From contig CM000154.2 of the NCBI GenBank assembly GCA_000004695.1, positions 1,408,001 through 1,472,000 on the forward strand: a stretch of DNA of 64,000 nucleotides. The letters run 5' to 3'. The stretch's first letter is position 1; each line of letters opens with the position of its first letter. Source of the DNA: Dictyostelium discoideum (Eukaryota). Below, piece after piece: positions 1 through 20,489 of the stretch. A model generated the notes under the pieces. That model had not been told where the DNA came from and searched no databases. It saw nothing but the letters and a program-made list of their open reading frames with translations. The translations under genes and the position numbers were made by a program.

Positions 1-616
1 TACAATTAAGTGGTCCATCATATAATAAAGTATCGAAAATTAAATTTTCACTTAATTTAACTTTATATTCAAATAATTGATAAAGATTATTATCAATCAT
101 CCATTGTATAGATATTTCATCATATTTATAATATAGTTTTCCTAAGCCATAATAATGAGTTTGAGATAAATTTGATACAATTTTTTTATATAAAATTTTA
201 TTTTTCCAAACTTTCCAAAATAATAATTCAGATATTTCAATATCTTTGATTTTTAAATCTTTAATATTACTTGTAAAATTATTATAATTAATAATATTAT
301 TTAATTTTGTTGAATATTCATTAAATCCTTTTAAATAATTTCTTATTTGATTTTTTAATATTTTGATTTTTTTTTCATTTTCATTTTCATTTTCATTTTC
401 ATTTTCATTTTCATTTTCATTTTCATTTTCATTTTCATTTTCATCGTCGTTGATATTATTTATAGTATTTGGTATAATTCTTAATCCAATAATTTCAAAT
501 AATTCTAATAATTGATCATAATTTTTATTTTCTAATTCTTGTATATTGATTTTTGAGCAAATTTCGTAGTGAAATTCCTCTTTTTTATTATAAAAAGATA
601 ATTCCTCACTATCCAT
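1..616 (-). CDS. 5' part of an uncharacterised protein-coding gene. ATG at 616..614; the CDS continues beyond the window start. It contains an (EN)n repeat.
   Basis: The open minus-strand frame starts MDSEELSFYNKKEEFHYEICSKINIQELENKNYDQLLELFEIIGLRIIPNTINNINDDENENEN... and continues ...LFWKVWKNKILYKKIVSNLSQTHYYGLGKLYYKYDEISIQWMIDNNLYQLFEYKVKLSENLIFD. There is no stop codon before position 1. Codon usage is Dictyostelium-like. The family was not recognised. Confidence 0.45.
   Translation of the reverse strand, partial: MDSEELSFYNKKEEFHYEICSKINIQELENKNYDQLLELFEIIGLRIIPNTINNINDDENENENENENENENENENENENEKKIKILKNQIRNYLKGFNEYSTKLNNIINYNNFTSNIKDLKIKDIEISELLFWKVWKNKILYKKIVSNLSQTHYYGLGKLYYKYDEISIQWMIDNNLYQLFEYKVKLSENLIFDTLLYDGPLNC
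376..446. repeat. (TTTTCA)n hexamer microsatellite, about 12 units, inside the coding sequence above, where it encodes (EN)n.
   Basis: A perfect tandem cattttcattttcatttt... is seen directly in the sequence. Confidence 0.9.
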
Positions 617-624
617 TTTAATTT

Positions 625-845
625 TTTATTTTTTTTTATTTATTTAATTTTATTTTATTTTATTTTATTTTATTTTATTTTATTTTATTTTATTTTATTT
701 TATTTTATTTTATATTTATTTATTTTTATTTTTTTATTTATTTAATTTTATTTTATTTTATTTTATTTTATTTTATTTTATTTTTATTTTATTTTATTTT
801 ATTTTATTTTATTTTATTTTATCTTATTTTATTTTATTTTATTTG
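625..845. repeat. Two blocks of (ATTTT)n pentamer microsatellite in the shared 5' intergenic region.
   Basis: Direct observation of attttattttatttt..., roughly 35 units in total. An (AAAT)n run of roughly 17 units lies at 1198..1275. Confidence 0.9.
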
Positions 846-1226
846 TGCTATTTTTAATATAATATTATGTAAAAACAGTGTTTGTTTAAATAAACCCGCA
901 ATGATTAAAAAATAAAAAAAAATAAAAAAAAAATTAAAAAAAAATTCGAAAAAAAAAATAAATTTGTATTTTACTATCTTTTTTTATTTTTCATTTTTTA
1001 TTTTTTTTATTTTTATTTTTTTCGTTTATAAAAGTTTTTCATAAACAGAATTTAAAAAAAAGAAAAAAAAAAAAACAAATAAAAAAAAAAACAAATACAA
1101 TAAAAAAAAAAAAAAAAAAAATTGTTAGCATTATTATTGTTTTAACAAACAGAAAAAAAAAATATTAATAAAAATTAACCAATAATATTGTTTTTGAAAC
1201 AATCCAAAAATAAATAAATAAACAAA

Positions 1227-1277
<51 letters not shown>

Positions 1278-1330
1278 AAAATAGAAGTAATAAAAATAAA
1301 TAAAATAAAAATAAATAAATAAAAATAATC

Positions 1331-2318
1331 ATGTCTAAAGTTGGATGTGATTTTCTTTCATTTGAAGCAGATTCATATGTTGAAGAACTTTTAAAAAAAG
1401 AATTCTTTTTATCAAAAAATACAAAAAAACTCGTACAAAGTTTGGAGATCAATGGTTATGTAAAACCTGAAGTCGAAGAAAAAAAAAATAATAACCAAAG
1501 AAATATTGATGAAAATGGAGACTTTTTCTATGATAATGGTCTCTACAATAAAAGTAACAAAAATAAACACAACAATAATGATAATAATAGTAATAATAAC
1601 AATAATAAAAATGACAACTATCATCAAAATAATAGTATTATAAATAACTTTGGATTCAATAATGGTTATATTAGCAATGGAGGTTTAAATTGGGGTAATA
1701 TTAATAGTAAAAACCATAACAATAACAATAACAATAACAATAATAATAATAGTAATAATTCAATGCTTCCAAAATTTGCAAATAAGAGATGGAGTAATTT
1801 ATCAATTAGGATTATTTACCCAAAAGATTGTATGTTGGCAAGAGGTGTTGAACGTTTATTTTCATTTAATGTCAAGACTGATTATTTCATGTTTTATCAT
1901 AAACTTGACGATAGAAGACCAGATTTCACTCAAATATTTTTAAATAAATTCAAAGTTTACGATTTAATCAATGAGAATCCATTCTCTGTCGTATTGGCAT
2001 TCTTTGGATTACCAAAATCATATTCAGCCAATGGTGATATCTCTTTCAACATCTTAATCAATAGTAATACAACTCACAAATTATTGGATCAACAACATTT
2101 AGCAAAAACAAAACCTTCCCAAACTTTTTTAGTTTCTGGTTCAAAAAAGAAAAGAATTGGTGAAGAAGATCCTATCCCTTTACCAGTGTTTGACGATGTA
2201 CATTTAGATTCTGATTGTGACTCGATTTATCCAGTTAATTTATTTGCAAGTTTGTATTATTAAAAAAAAAAAAAAAAAAATATCATTATATTTTTTTAAA
2301 TCTTCAATTACTAACTTT

Positions 2319-2362
<44 letters not shown>

Positions 2363-2610
2363 TTTTTATTATAATTAAAGAGGAGAATCCACAAAGATAT
2401 GGTAAATGTAGAGATTTAGATGGTGGTCATAGATCTTGTGATAAAGATTCAAAGTGTATTAAAGATAGATACAATTTATTTAATTTGTACGAATTTGGTG
2501 TTGAAGTTAAAAAATTGGATGGTGGAATATTTCCAAAACAAGGAAATGGTGAAATTTCATTTAAAATAGATATGACTTATTATTTTATGCATTTTTTTAG
2601 TAAAGAGTAA
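1331..2610 (+). CDS. Hypothetical N-rich protein, about 382 aa. Two-exon model 1331..2249 and 2381..2610.
   Basis: The track ORF 1331..2263 has a GTTTGT donor after ...VNLFA (phase 1). An aattaaag acceptor at 2380 opens an in-frame exon KENPQRYGKCRDLDGGHRSCDKDSKCIKDRYNLFNLYEFGVEVKKLDGGIFPKQGNGEISFKIDMTYYFMHFFSKE that ends in TAA at 2608..2610. The second exon has a coding-like composition. The donor is non-canonical for this genome, so the join is tentative. The family was not recognised. Confidence 0.45.
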
Positions 2611-2861
2611 AAACAATAATAATAAAAACAACAATAATAAAAAGTCATTTTTTTTGTATATATACATTGTACCATAACTAAAAGTGAAAAACAAAAGTTT
2701 TGTTTATTTTTTTTTATTTAATTTTTTTTTTTTTTATTTTTTATTTTTTTTGTGTATATATTAGAACATTACATTTAAAAAAAAAAAAAAAAGGAGGTCC
2801 TACACAAATTATAATAAATCTTGTTTACTAATTTTTGATGTATGGGGAACTCTTGCTTTTT

Positions 2862-2893
<32 letters not shown>

Positions 2894-2950
2894 TTTTTTA
2901 ATAAATAGAAATCTATTTTTTAATGGTTACAGATTCGGATTGATAATTGC

Positions 2951-3219
2951 TTAAACAGTTTTCTTTTCAGAGATAACTCTAATGATTGTACCAGCACCAC
3001 CCTTCTTGAGGACACATTCGTGCCATTTGAAAAAGATTGGTGAATTTTCACCGGTAGCAAGACCACGGTAGACATATTTCATTAAAATATCGAGTTGGTC
3101 ATCGTTGAGTGTTTCGACTGATGTTTCAACATCTTTATCTTTAAAACTACCTAAAAGATTGAGGACAATGGTTGCATTTTGATCCTAAAAATGATATTAA
3201 TATTAAAAAAAAAAAAAAA

Positions 3220-3250
<31 letters not shown>

Positions 3251-3626
3251 TAAAAATAAATATTAATTAGATTGTTTTCATTCTCTTTATAAATTTATTA
3301 ATATTAAAAATTGATCTCTTACCTTGATTGCACCTGTTTTAGTGTAAATTGGTGGATCAGCTAAGGCTACATTTAAAGCATCTTGTGGTTTACCACTTTT
3401 TTTATAATTAGTAAAAAATATATTTAATATAAAAAAAAAAATAAAAAAAAAAAAAATAAAAAAAAATAAAAAATAGATGATCATCACCTATATTAAAAAA
3501 AAAAAAAAATACTTACGCATTTAATGCTTTGGTTACTTCTTTTTCTCTATTGGCAATATCTGCTTTGTATTCAGCATCTGATTTACCAGCTTGTCCTGAT
3601 TCAACGTTGTCGTCTTCGTAATTCAT
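2951..3626 (-). CDS. arcE: Arp2/3 complex subunit 5 (ARPC5/p16-Arc), 138 aa. Exons 3626..3517, 3395..3323 and 3184..2951.
   Basis: Spliced translation is MNYEDDNVESGQAGKSDAEYKADIANREKEVTKALNA / GKPQDALNVALADPPIYTKTGAIK / DQNATIVLNLLGSFKDKDVETSVETLNDDQLDILMKYVYRGLATGENSPIFFKWHECVLKKGGAGTIIRVISEKKTV. This matches the ARPC5 family along its length (ALQAALKNPPINTKSQAVK..., ...[27 protein letters not shown]). Both donors are GTAAGT/GTAAGA and the phases are consistent. Confidence 0.85.
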
Positions 3627-3802
3627 TTTAATGTAATATTATTTTATATATATATGATTGAGGTATCTTTGAAAAAAAAAAAAAAAAAAAAAATTATAAA
3701 AAAAAAATCTTTTTTTTTTTTTTTTTTTTTTTTTCAAAATAAATTTTTTTATTTAAAAAAAAAAAAAATTAACCCAAAGGGCATCCCATTTTTATTATAA
3801 AA

Positions 3803-3847
<45 letters not shown>

Positions 3848-4628
3848 CCCAAAAGGATTAAACAATGGGATTTCTATTTATTAAAAATTTTCAAATTGCA
3901 CTTACCATAAATAAGAATTTTTTTAATTCGTTAAAAGGTAAAATTAATTTTGAGAATTTCAAATAAATAAAAAAAAAATTTATAAATAAAAAAAAAATTA
4001 ATAAATAAAAATAATTAATAAATAAAAAACCAATTTAAATTTTATTTTTTAACTTTTTTATTTTAATTAAATTTTATTTTTTTTAATTTTAATTTTAATT
4101 TAATTTTTTTTTTTGGTTAATTTTTTTTTTTTTTAAATTTAGAGACACATTCAAATTTATTTTTATCCCTCATAAAAAAAAAAAATTAAAAAAAAAAATT
4201 AAAAAAAAAAAAAAATAAAAAAAAATAAAAAAAATAAAAAAATAAAAAAAACAAAAAAACTTTTTTTTTCTTTTTAAATTCATTATTTCAATTGTATATA
4301 TATATATATATACATAAAAGTTTATTAAACAAATTATATTGATTTGTTTTTATTTTGTTTGTTTTTTTTTTTTTTAAATTTTTTTTTTTTTTTTTTTTTA
4401 ATACTTTAATCATTTAATATTCCTTCTCAATAAAAGAAATAATAATTTTTTTAATATTTATATAATACAATATTATTTTTAGCATTAAAAAAAAAAAAAG
4501 AAAAAACAGAAAATACAATTATAGAAAAAAATCAAAAAAAAATATACAGATCATTACAGATTCTACATTATATATTTATACAGAAAAAAAAAAAAAAAAA
4601 AAAAAACCTTCATTTTCACATTTATGAA

Positions 4629-7658
<3,030 letters not shown>

Positions 7659-8039
7659 ATTTTAAAGAAAGAGCAAATATAAGAAAAAAAATTTTAAAAC
7701 TTGAAAAAAAAAAAAAAAAAAAAAAGAAAAAAGAAAAATCTAAAAAAAAAAAAAAAGAAAAAAATATATATTATATATAATTTTGTACAAATATACCAAA
7801 AAACCAAAAAATAAAATTTTGATTCAATCACTGTTTTAAAAATAAACGATTGTTTCGTTTTTTAAGAATTTATTTTTATTTTTTTTTTTTAATTTTTATT
7901 TTTTAATTTTTTTTTTTTTAGATTTTTTTTTTTTTTTTTTTTAATTTTTTTTTTTTTTCAGAAAAACGAGTTTTTTGTCACATTTTTTTTTTATTTTTTT
8001 TATCAAATAAACAAAATCAAATAAATAAATTCTTAAAAA

Positions 8040-8327
8040 ATGCATTTAATGTACTATAACGACAAAGATGGCCAAAGAGTCTACACTTTAAAGAAAGAAT
8101 CACCAAATCACGAAGCAACCTACTCTGCTCATCCAGGTAAGTTTTTATTATGATAATTATTTTTATTTTTAAAATTTATACTAACTTTAACAATTTTTTT
8201 TTTTTTTTTTTTTTTTGTATATATTATAGCTCGTTTTTCAGTAGATGATAAATATTCAAGAGAAAGAATTGCATTAAAGAAGAGATTTGGTTTATTATTA
8301 ACTCAACAACCACCATTAGAATTTTAA
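8040..8327 (+). CDS. nop10: H/ACA snoRNP protein Nop10 (NOLA3), 64 aa. Exons 8040..8136 and 8230..8327.
   Basis: [32 protein letters not shown]|[32 protein letters not shown]. The GTAAGT donor sits in phase 1 and the acceptor is tatag. Near-identity to Nop10 (MHLMYTL..DG.R.YTLKK........[23 protein letters not shown]). Confidence 0.9.
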
Positions 8328-8572
8328 ATAAATCATTTTAATTATTTAAAAAAAAAAAGAAAAACTAACTAAAAAAAAAAAAAAAAAAATAGAAAATATA
8401 AATAAAAAAAAAAATATAAAAAATATAAAATTATAAAAAAAAAAACAAATACAAAGTTATTTTTGTGTATCATTATTATTTTTAAAAATTCTTTTATTTT
8501 ATTTATTTATTTATTTTTTTTTATTTTTTATTTTTTGTTTTTTTTATTTTTTATTTTTTATTTTTTTATTTT

Positions 8573-9415
8573 TTAATCTTGCAAACTTTTCAATACACTA
8601 CTACCAGCTATAGTTGCAATTGCACCAACAATATCAGAAACTGATATGACATTGATAGGAACTTGAGTTATACCAGCTTCGACCACTTCTTTAACTAAAA
8701 AGATACGATGAACTTTTGTTGCGGCCATTCTTCCCATTGCTTCTCTCAATTTAGTTTGAGGTGCGCAAACAATCATGTCTCTTAGAGGAATCTTTTTTTT
8801 TTTTTTATATTCAAAAAAAATAATAAAATAATTTTTAATTTAAAGATATTAGTTTTTTATTTCCAAAAAAATAAAAATAAAAAAAAAAAAATTGAAAAAT
8901 TATAATAAATAAATAAATAAATAAATAATACATACAGGATATGCATTACCAACTGAAGGATAAAAGAATTCATAAAGTGGTTGAAGTAATTTTGCTTTAT
9001 CCATTTTACAATACTTTATATCAATAACAGAGATATTATCTAATAATTCTCCATTTTCATTTACAACTGGTACTCCATAAATATTATTTTCTGCCAATAA
9101 TCTAAATGCATCAATTGCTAATTTTTTATGATCAATTTGAATTAGTGGTTTATCTTTTTTAAATAAACCTAATGATTTTAACTATTTTTTTTTATAAAAA
9201 AAAACAAATAATTAGTTTTTATTACTATTATTCTTTTTTTTTTTTTTTTTTTTTTTTGGTTCTTTTTTTTACAAAAAAAAAAAAAACAAAAAAAAAAACA
9301 AAAAAAAAAAAGTATGATACTTACACTAAATTCACCAGATGAACCCAAAACGTTCTAAAATTTTAAAAAATGAAAATATGTTAGAAAATTATAATTATTA
9401 TCTTTCCATTATTAT

Positions 9416-9446
<31 letters not shown>

Positions 9447-10218
9447 CATTTTCTAACAGTAAGTACCTACATTTTTAACCATCCATTTAATTAAAGATAA
9501 TTGTGAAAAAACCTTAATGTCCATTTGGTTATCTGACATTGCAATGCAAACTCTGTGAAACTTTTTATAAAACAAATCTAATAAATTGAAAATAGAGTCA
9601 TTTTTTCCAATCATTGGGCATTGTCTTTTAAAAACACCATCTATAAAAAAAAAAAAAAAAAAAAAAATTAGTAATTGAAATAATAAAAATGATAATAATA
9701 AAATAAAAAAAAAAAAATAAAAAAAATAAAAAAAAAATTTTAAATAATTACTTTTATTTGTTAATAAAGTTCTAATTGAAATTTGTTCAAAACCAATATT
9801 TTCAACTAAATTATTATCTTTGTCAAACAAACTAACTACAAACTTTACTAAATCTTTAATATCCAAAATTGTTACCCATTGTTTTGAAATTTGACAAAAA
9901 ACAGGTGCTGATAATAATTCTTGTGCTGATAATTCCTTTTTTTTTTTTTTTTATTTTTTAAAAGAATAAAAAAATATTAATTAGTAAAATAAAGGTTTAT
10001 TTTAATTTTTTTTTATAAACTATTATATTTACATCAAAAGCACTTAAAATATTATCATCAGCATCTAACCAAACTAATGGTTTTCTTTCTAATTTTCTAA
10101 CTAAACCAACTTCATCTATTGATTTTGATAAAAATGATTGAAATTCTTTGGATTTTGATAATTCTAAATCTGCATTATTTATACTTAAATCATTTCTTAA
10201 ATTTGAAATATCTGCCAT
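8573..10218 (-). CDS. prkag: AMP-activated protein kinase gamma subunit with four CBS domains, about 344 aa. Six exons: 10218..10033, 9935..9752, 9640..9471, 9354..9325, 9181..8936 and 8791..8573.
   Basis: Spliced product: MADISNLRNDL...LVWLDADDNILSAFD / ELSAQELLSAPVFCQISKQWVTILDIKDLVKFVV...IRTLLTNK / NGVFKRQCPMIGKNDSIFNLLDLFYKKFHRVCIAMSDNQMDIKVFSQLSLIKWMVKN / NVLGSSGEFS / LKSLGLFKKDKPLIQIDHKKLAIDAFRLLAENNIYGVPVVNENGELLDNISVIDIKYCK...VGNAYP / IPLRDMIVCAPQTKLREAMGRMAATKVHRIFLVKEVVEAGITQVPINVISVSDIVGAIA.... The CBS-pair architecture and the HRIP/HR signatures are typical of AMPK gamma. Splice sites are canonical and the phases are consistent. The exon-3 donor (GTAGGT versus an alternative 4 nt downstream) is the least certain. 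Confidence 0.75.
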
Positions 10219-10811
10219 TTTTTTTTTTTTTTACTGCACAATAAACCAAAAGAATAAAAAAAACAAAAAAATAAAACCAATTTTTTTTTTTCCAAATTAA
10301 ATTACTATGTAAAAACACTTCAAACCCTCATTTCCCACTAAAAATAAAAATATAAATTAAATAAAAATCTATTTCCTTTTGTGGTTAAAAATTGAACAAA
10401 AAAAAATAAAATAAAAAATAAAAAATAAAAAATAATTGTTTACAAAAATTCAAATTTCCAAAAACAGTAAAAAAAATAAAAAAAAATAAAAAATAAAAAA
10501 TAAAAAATAAAAATCTAAAAATAATTTAAAATTAAAATAAATTATACTTATTTTTCAAACCAATATAAAAAAAAACAAATACATCTTCAAAAACCATTAT
10601 TTTTTTAATTGTTTTTTTTTTTTTTTTCATTTATCATATAAATAATTATTGAATGTTTTGAATTATATTTCAACTGTTTTAATCCAAGTTTTTTTTTTCC
10701 CCAATATTATTACCCTCCAGAATATAATAATAAATTAAAAAAAAAACGCTATAATTTTTTTTTTTCTTTTTTTTAATATATTTTATTTTTTAAAATCATC
10801 TAAATGCAAAT

Positions 10812-11514
10812 TTAGGCTTTAACAGCGAAAACTCTTTGTGGGAAGTTGGTGGCAGTTTTGGAAACTCTTAAGGTGACAACTTTAGATTGTTTGTTGGTGA
10901 GACGTCTTCTGATGGCTCTAGTCTTTTTGTAACGGAGATCAGTTGGGATCTTGCTTGATGATTTTTTAGAATAGACAGCACGGAGATGGTTCTTTTGAGT
11001 TTGGTTGAAAACAGTTAAAACACGGGCAATAGCTTTACGGACGGTACCGATTTTGGCTAATTTGCTTGGGTTTGGTGATTTAACTTGGGCAACTCTTAAA
11101 CTTGAGAGCTCAGTTCTGAGTTCCTTGAGGTGTTCAAGTAATTGAGTCTTGTTTTTGGTTCTGAGTTCAAAAGCTTTAGTTTTTTCGGCTAAATTATTAT
11201 TATTTTTATTTTATTATGAAACATGTTAGAAATAATCATTCATAGTTTCGTTTCTATAAATATTGTGATAAATGATAGATGAACGATGTGGTGGTATGTG
11301 ATAAGTGATAACTGATAACTGATAACTGATATTTTGCTGTTTGATATTTAATCCTAAATCCAAAAAATATTAATCATTAATCCATAATCATTAATCCAAA
11401 TCTATTATCAATCCAAACTATTTTATATTTATTTTATTTTTTTTTTCATTCTTAATTGTATGTGGAAATATTTATATGTATAGGATTCGTGTAATATGTA
11501 GTGACATACCCATG
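10812..11514 (-). CDS. rpl35: 60S ribosomal protein L35 (uL29), 126 aa. Exons 11514..11511 (ATG+G) and 11188..10812.
   Basis: M|AEKTKAFELRTKNKTQLLEHLKELRTELSSLRVAQVKSPNPSKLAKIGTVRKAIARVLTVFNQTQKNHLRAVYSKKSSSKIPTDLRYKKTRAIRRRLTNKQSKVVTLRVSKTATNFPQRVFAVKA. Clear L35 homology (ELR.K...L...L..L..EL..LRV.KVTGG..SKL.KI..VRKSIARVLTVINQ.Q...LR..Y..KKY.PLDLR.KKTRA.RRRL...E). The tiny first exon ATG G has a GTATGT donor and a tttag acceptor. A micro first exon is common for ribosomal protein genes in this genome. Confidence 0.8.
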
Positions 11515-12133
11515 TTGAAATTTTGAGAGTACACTGAAAAAAAAAAAAAAACTAAAAATTTTCGCGTATCACAATATTTCAGCAGACCGAAAAAAAATTT
11601 TTATTTTTTTTTTTTTTTATTTTTTTTTTTTTTTTAAAAATTGTTACAGTTTTTTTTTTTTTTTTTTTTTTTTTTGGGCTATAAATAACTGTATTTACAA
11701 TTACATTTTTGATCCCAAGTCCAAATAATTTTTTTTTTTTTTTTTTTTTAAATTTATTTATTTTTTTTATCATTTTATTTTTATTTATTACATATTATTT
11801 TATCTTTTATCTTTTATTATTATTATTATTTTTATTTTTTTTTATTTTTTTTTGACTGGTTTTTTATTTTGCATTTATTTTGTGTTAAATTAAAATTAAT
11901 TTTTAAAAAAAAAAATTGAAATTGAAATTGAAAAAAAAAAAAAAAATTAAAGAAAATCAAAACTTAATTAATTTTGATTTTCTTCTTCATTTGTCAAAAT
12001 TAATTAAAATCATTTTTATTTTATTATTTTTTTCACTCACATTTTTCATTTTTTTTTTTTTTTTCATTTTTTTTTTTTTATTATTATTTTTATAATTTTA
12101 ATTTATTTCCAATACCTGTAATATACATAAAAA

Positions 12134-13468
12134 ATGACTTGTAACATATCAAAGGTTGATATTGGTTTACCAGAATATTGGGTTTATAAAGGAGAAGGTG
12201 CAATGAATATTGTTTTATCATACAATGGCCCAAGAAATGAAAAATTAGTGTGTAAATTATTTATTTTAGATTTTTAAAAATCTTAATTTATCTATTACTA
12301 ATAAAAAATTGGAAAAAAATAACAATAATAATAATTAAAATAAAAGGATGGATTAGTATTAAGAGTTAAAAAATTAAGTAATGGTGGAAGTGATTTAGAA
12401 AAAGAGATAGGATTATATAATTTCGTATCAAATGTAATGTCACCATTGTTAGGAGATAAATATGTATTTCCAGGATCAATGATAAATGTTACAAGTGATT
12501 TCTTAGTGAAATTAGATAATTTAATATTTAATTATAGACCAATTAAAAGATCAACAATTAGATTAGATACAAATTTAACAACAGCATTTTTAATAATGGA
12601 TTTAACAAGATTAGATAATAATACACCAAATCAAATTGAATATTTACATCATCATAATGATAATGATAATAATAATGATAATAATGATAATAATAATAAT
12701 GATAATAATGATAATAATAATAATAATAATAATGAAATTGGTAATAATAAATTTAGTAAAGTTATTTGTATTGAAATTAAACCAAAATGGGCGTTCTTAC
12801 CAAAACCACATAAATATATGAATAGGGAGTTATTAGATGTCAAATTAAATAAATGTAGATATTGTATGCATCAACAATTGAAATTAAAGGAGGGATCAAT
12901 TGATGAAATTAGTAGTTATTGTCCATTGGATCTATTTAGTAGTGATTGTAATAGACAAAAACAATCAATTATCAATATGATTCATCATCCACAAAATAAT
13001 TTAAAAGTTTATTGTGATGGTATATTATCATTCACTGGTTCATTGGGTGGTGGTGTTGAAAGAAATAAATCAACAAATTCAAATTTATTATCATCACTAT
13101 TAATTAATAGTAACATTATTAAAAATAATAAAAAAGAAGAAAAAGAAGAAAAAGAAGAAAAAGGAGGAAAAGAAGAAGAGGAAATAGAAAGAAATATTTA
13201 TTTATTATCAACAATAATTTCATCAATTTTACAAAGGGAAACAATATTACAAAATATTAAAAATGTACAATTATATGATGATATGGATATAGAAGGTATT
13301 TATTATTTATATAATAAATTAAATGGTGGTCAAGTTAATAATGATATTAATTATGAAGAATTAAATAAATTAACTGATAGTGAAGCAAAAGAAAAGATTG
13401 ATAGATTCATGATTTCATGTACTGCTAAAGATTGTTCAATTATGATTTCATTTAATGTTGATAATCCA

Positions 13469-13559
<91 letters not shown>

Positions 13560-13792
13560 TTAATGATGTTGATAGTTATTTTAATTTTATAAATACTATT
13601 GATATTGGTGATAATGATGATACACTAATTAATAGTAGTGGTAATAAAGGTAAAACAAATATTCATTATAAAATTGGTGTTGTTGATTTGGATACAAAGA
13701 AAATGAATGCAATTCCAAAATATTATAAATTGGATCAAGATATTGTTAAACTTTATAAATCAAATATTAATACTATTAAATCATGTAAATAA
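12134..13792 (+). CDS. Inositol-pentakisphosphate 2-kinase (IPK1 family), about 590 aa. Exon 1 is 12134..12247 (or ..12251); exon 2 is 12347 (or 12357)..13792.
   Basis: Exon 1 gives MTCNISKVDIGLPEYWVYKGEGAMNIVLSYNGPRNEKL, which carries the IPK1 N-terminal signature W.Y.GEGA.N.VL.Y. Exon 2 gives ...RVKKLSNGG...ICIEIKPKWAFLPKP...CRYCMHQQLKLKEGSI..YCPLDLFS. (EIKPKW and the C..C zinc-related segment are typical of Ins(1,3,4,5,6)P5 2-kinase). Two alternative donor/acceptor pairs (GTGTGT/aaaag or GTAAAT/ttag) give products that differ by two residues. Confidence 0.7.
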
Positions 13793-14191
13793 AAAAAATT
13801 AAAATAAATAAAAAAAAAATAGAAAAAAAAGTGAAAATAAAAAAATAAAGAAAGAAATAAAATAAGAATAAAAATAAAATAAAAATAAAATTAAAATAAA
13901 AATTATTTCCAAAATTGGAATAAATTGCAATAAATTTAATAATAGTTTTTTATCATAATTATTTTTTTTATTTTCCCTCCAAAAATTTTAAAATTTGTTT
14001 TTTTTTTTTTTTTTCCTATTTTTTTTTTTTGTTTTTTAATTTTTTTGTTTTTATTTTTTTAATTTTAATTAATATCATTATATATATATTATTGTGGTAA
14101 ATTATTAACTAAAAGATCTTTTGTATTATTAAAATTTTCTTAAACATCTATTTTCAAAAATAATTATAATAATAAAAAAAAAAGAGAAAGG

Positions 14192-18430
<4,239 letters not shown>

Positions 18431-18751
18431 AAAAAAAAAAAAAAAAAATTAATCAAAACAACAAATTATCAAATCAACAAATAAATATAATTGATATCTT
18501 TAATTTTAGTTAAAAAAAAGATAAAAAAAAAAAAAAAAAATAAAATTTTTTAAATATTAAATTTTTTGTTGTAACATATAATTTTAATAAATAATTTGTT
18601 TTTGTTTTTATTTTTATTTTTATTTTTAAAAAATATATGTATATAATTTCGTTTTACATTATTATAGTCTTTTTTTTTTTTTTTTTTTTTTTTAAAAAAT
18701 AATAATGATTTCTATTGAATTTTATCTTTTTGTATGTGTATATATTTTATT

Positions 18752-19743
18752 TTATTCAGAGGTGATTGCATTTCTAATACCCCCAATAACTAAACTTAAC
18801 ATTTTAACTGATGGGTCATTTGTTAAATGTACTTCACTTGGTTCTTTATAGAAATTTTTATTAATTAATCTAAGATTTGCTTTAATATGTGCACATTGTT
18901 CTGGATGGTATAAACGAGAAATTAAAGAATCCATTAATTTTGGTTTAATTAAAAAATCTTCATATTGTTTAAATGTTAATAAAATAATTAATTCCCTTAA
19001 ACAGTTATCTGGATCTTTTAAGATTAAAAAAAAAAAAAAAAAAAAAAAAAAGAAATTATTAATATAAAAAAAAAAAAGAATAATTGTGAAAAAAAAAAAA
19101 AAGAATTAATATTTACAATCTGGAGGAGTTGATAAAACTTTACAAATACTAGATTCAACAGATAATTTAGCTTGGTAATCTATTACTTCATAAATAGATT
19201 TATTTTTAAATAAAACTGATCTTTTTAAAGTTCCTCTTATAAATCCTTTTTTAATTAATGATTGTGCAATTGTTTCTGTAATTCTTTTCTATATAAATAA
19301 AAAAATTAAAACCAATTGTTAATAAAAATTATTTATTTATTTTGAAAATATTTTCAAAAATATTTTACCATTTTATTTAAACCGACTGAAATTGTTAAGA
19401 TTGCAGTTGCCATTTGTAAACCTTTTTGAGCAAATGAATTAGATAATTTGGATAATATATAATCTAAAAATGTATCACCAGTTTTTGAATGATCAATTAC
19501 TTTAATTAACATTTTATTGTTATTAAATGATTGTGAGTTTTGTTTTGTTACAATAACCTTATCCATTAATTGTAATTCTGCAATACCACATCCAACGAAA
19601 CCATGAAATAATGGTACAAATGTATATGGTAATTTCCCAGTTTCTGGATTTAATATTAATAAAAATAATTGTTCTGGTAATGTTAATAATGGTAAAGAAT
19701 CATTATCATTATCTGGGTTCATTTTAATTAATAATTCGTTCAT
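18752..19743 (-). CDS. GOLPH3/Vps74 (GPP34) family Golgi phosphoprotein, about 269 aa. Exons 19743..19369, 19288..19117 and 19014..18752.
   Basis: MNELLIKMNPDNDNDSLPLLTLPEQLFLLILNPETGKLPYTFVPLFHGFVGCGIAELQLMDKVIV.../KRITETIAQSLIKKGFIRGTLKRSVLFKNKSIYEVIDYQAKL.../YPDNCLRELIILLTFKQYEDFLIKPKLMDSLISRLYHPEQCAHIKANLRLI.... The LTL.E...LL.L....G pattern and the overall GPP34 layout are present. GTAAAA/GTAAAT donors and AG acceptors are in phase. Confidence 0.7.
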
Positions 19744-20489
19744 TTTTCAAAAAGTTGTTTTTCTTTTTTTTTTTTAAAATTATTTTTATAAAAGATTTTT
19801 TATTATCGATTTAATATTTGTATTTATATTTATTATTATTATTATTATTATTATTAAAATTTTTATTAATATTATTATTAGTATTATAAAATATTGCTAT
19901 AATTGTACAAATTTTAAAATTAAATGATCTTTTTTTTTATTTTAATTTAATTATTATTTTTTCTAAATAGTTTAAAACTATAATAATAAGATTATATTTA
20001 TTTTTTATTAAAGAAATTAATTTATTTTATTTTATATAAATATTTTAATTTATTTAATTATTATTATTAAAAATTATTATTTTTTATTATTTATATATTT
20101 TAGGAAAGTGTTAATTTTATTTTTTTTAATTATTTGTATACAATTTTTTGGTTGGGTGAGAAAAAGATAAAAATACAATAGTAATTTAAAATTTTGTTTT
20201 TATGTGATGGATTGAAATTAAAACAGAAAAGAAAATAAAAAATAATATGTTTTTATAAACCCTATTTTTTTAAAAAATTAAAAAAAAAAAAAAATTAATT
20301 ACACTAATTTCACTTTATTTTAAACGTTGAATTATTTTATGGTGTGTGTAAATTTAAAATTCATATATACATTTGAATTCTTGATAGAGATTTTTTATAT
20401 GGTATTTGGATATTAGTAGGATTTTTAAGTTCTAAATATGGATGGATATTTACTAAAATTAAAAAATTAACCACACCACAAAAAAAACA

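Noticed and set aside
625-1275. Tandem pentamer and tetramer arrays, and the many poly-T and poly-A tracts, considered as CRISPR-like or satellite arrays.
   Set aside because: They are simple microsatellites with 4-6 nt units and no spacer structure. They are typical Dictyostelium intergenic sequence.
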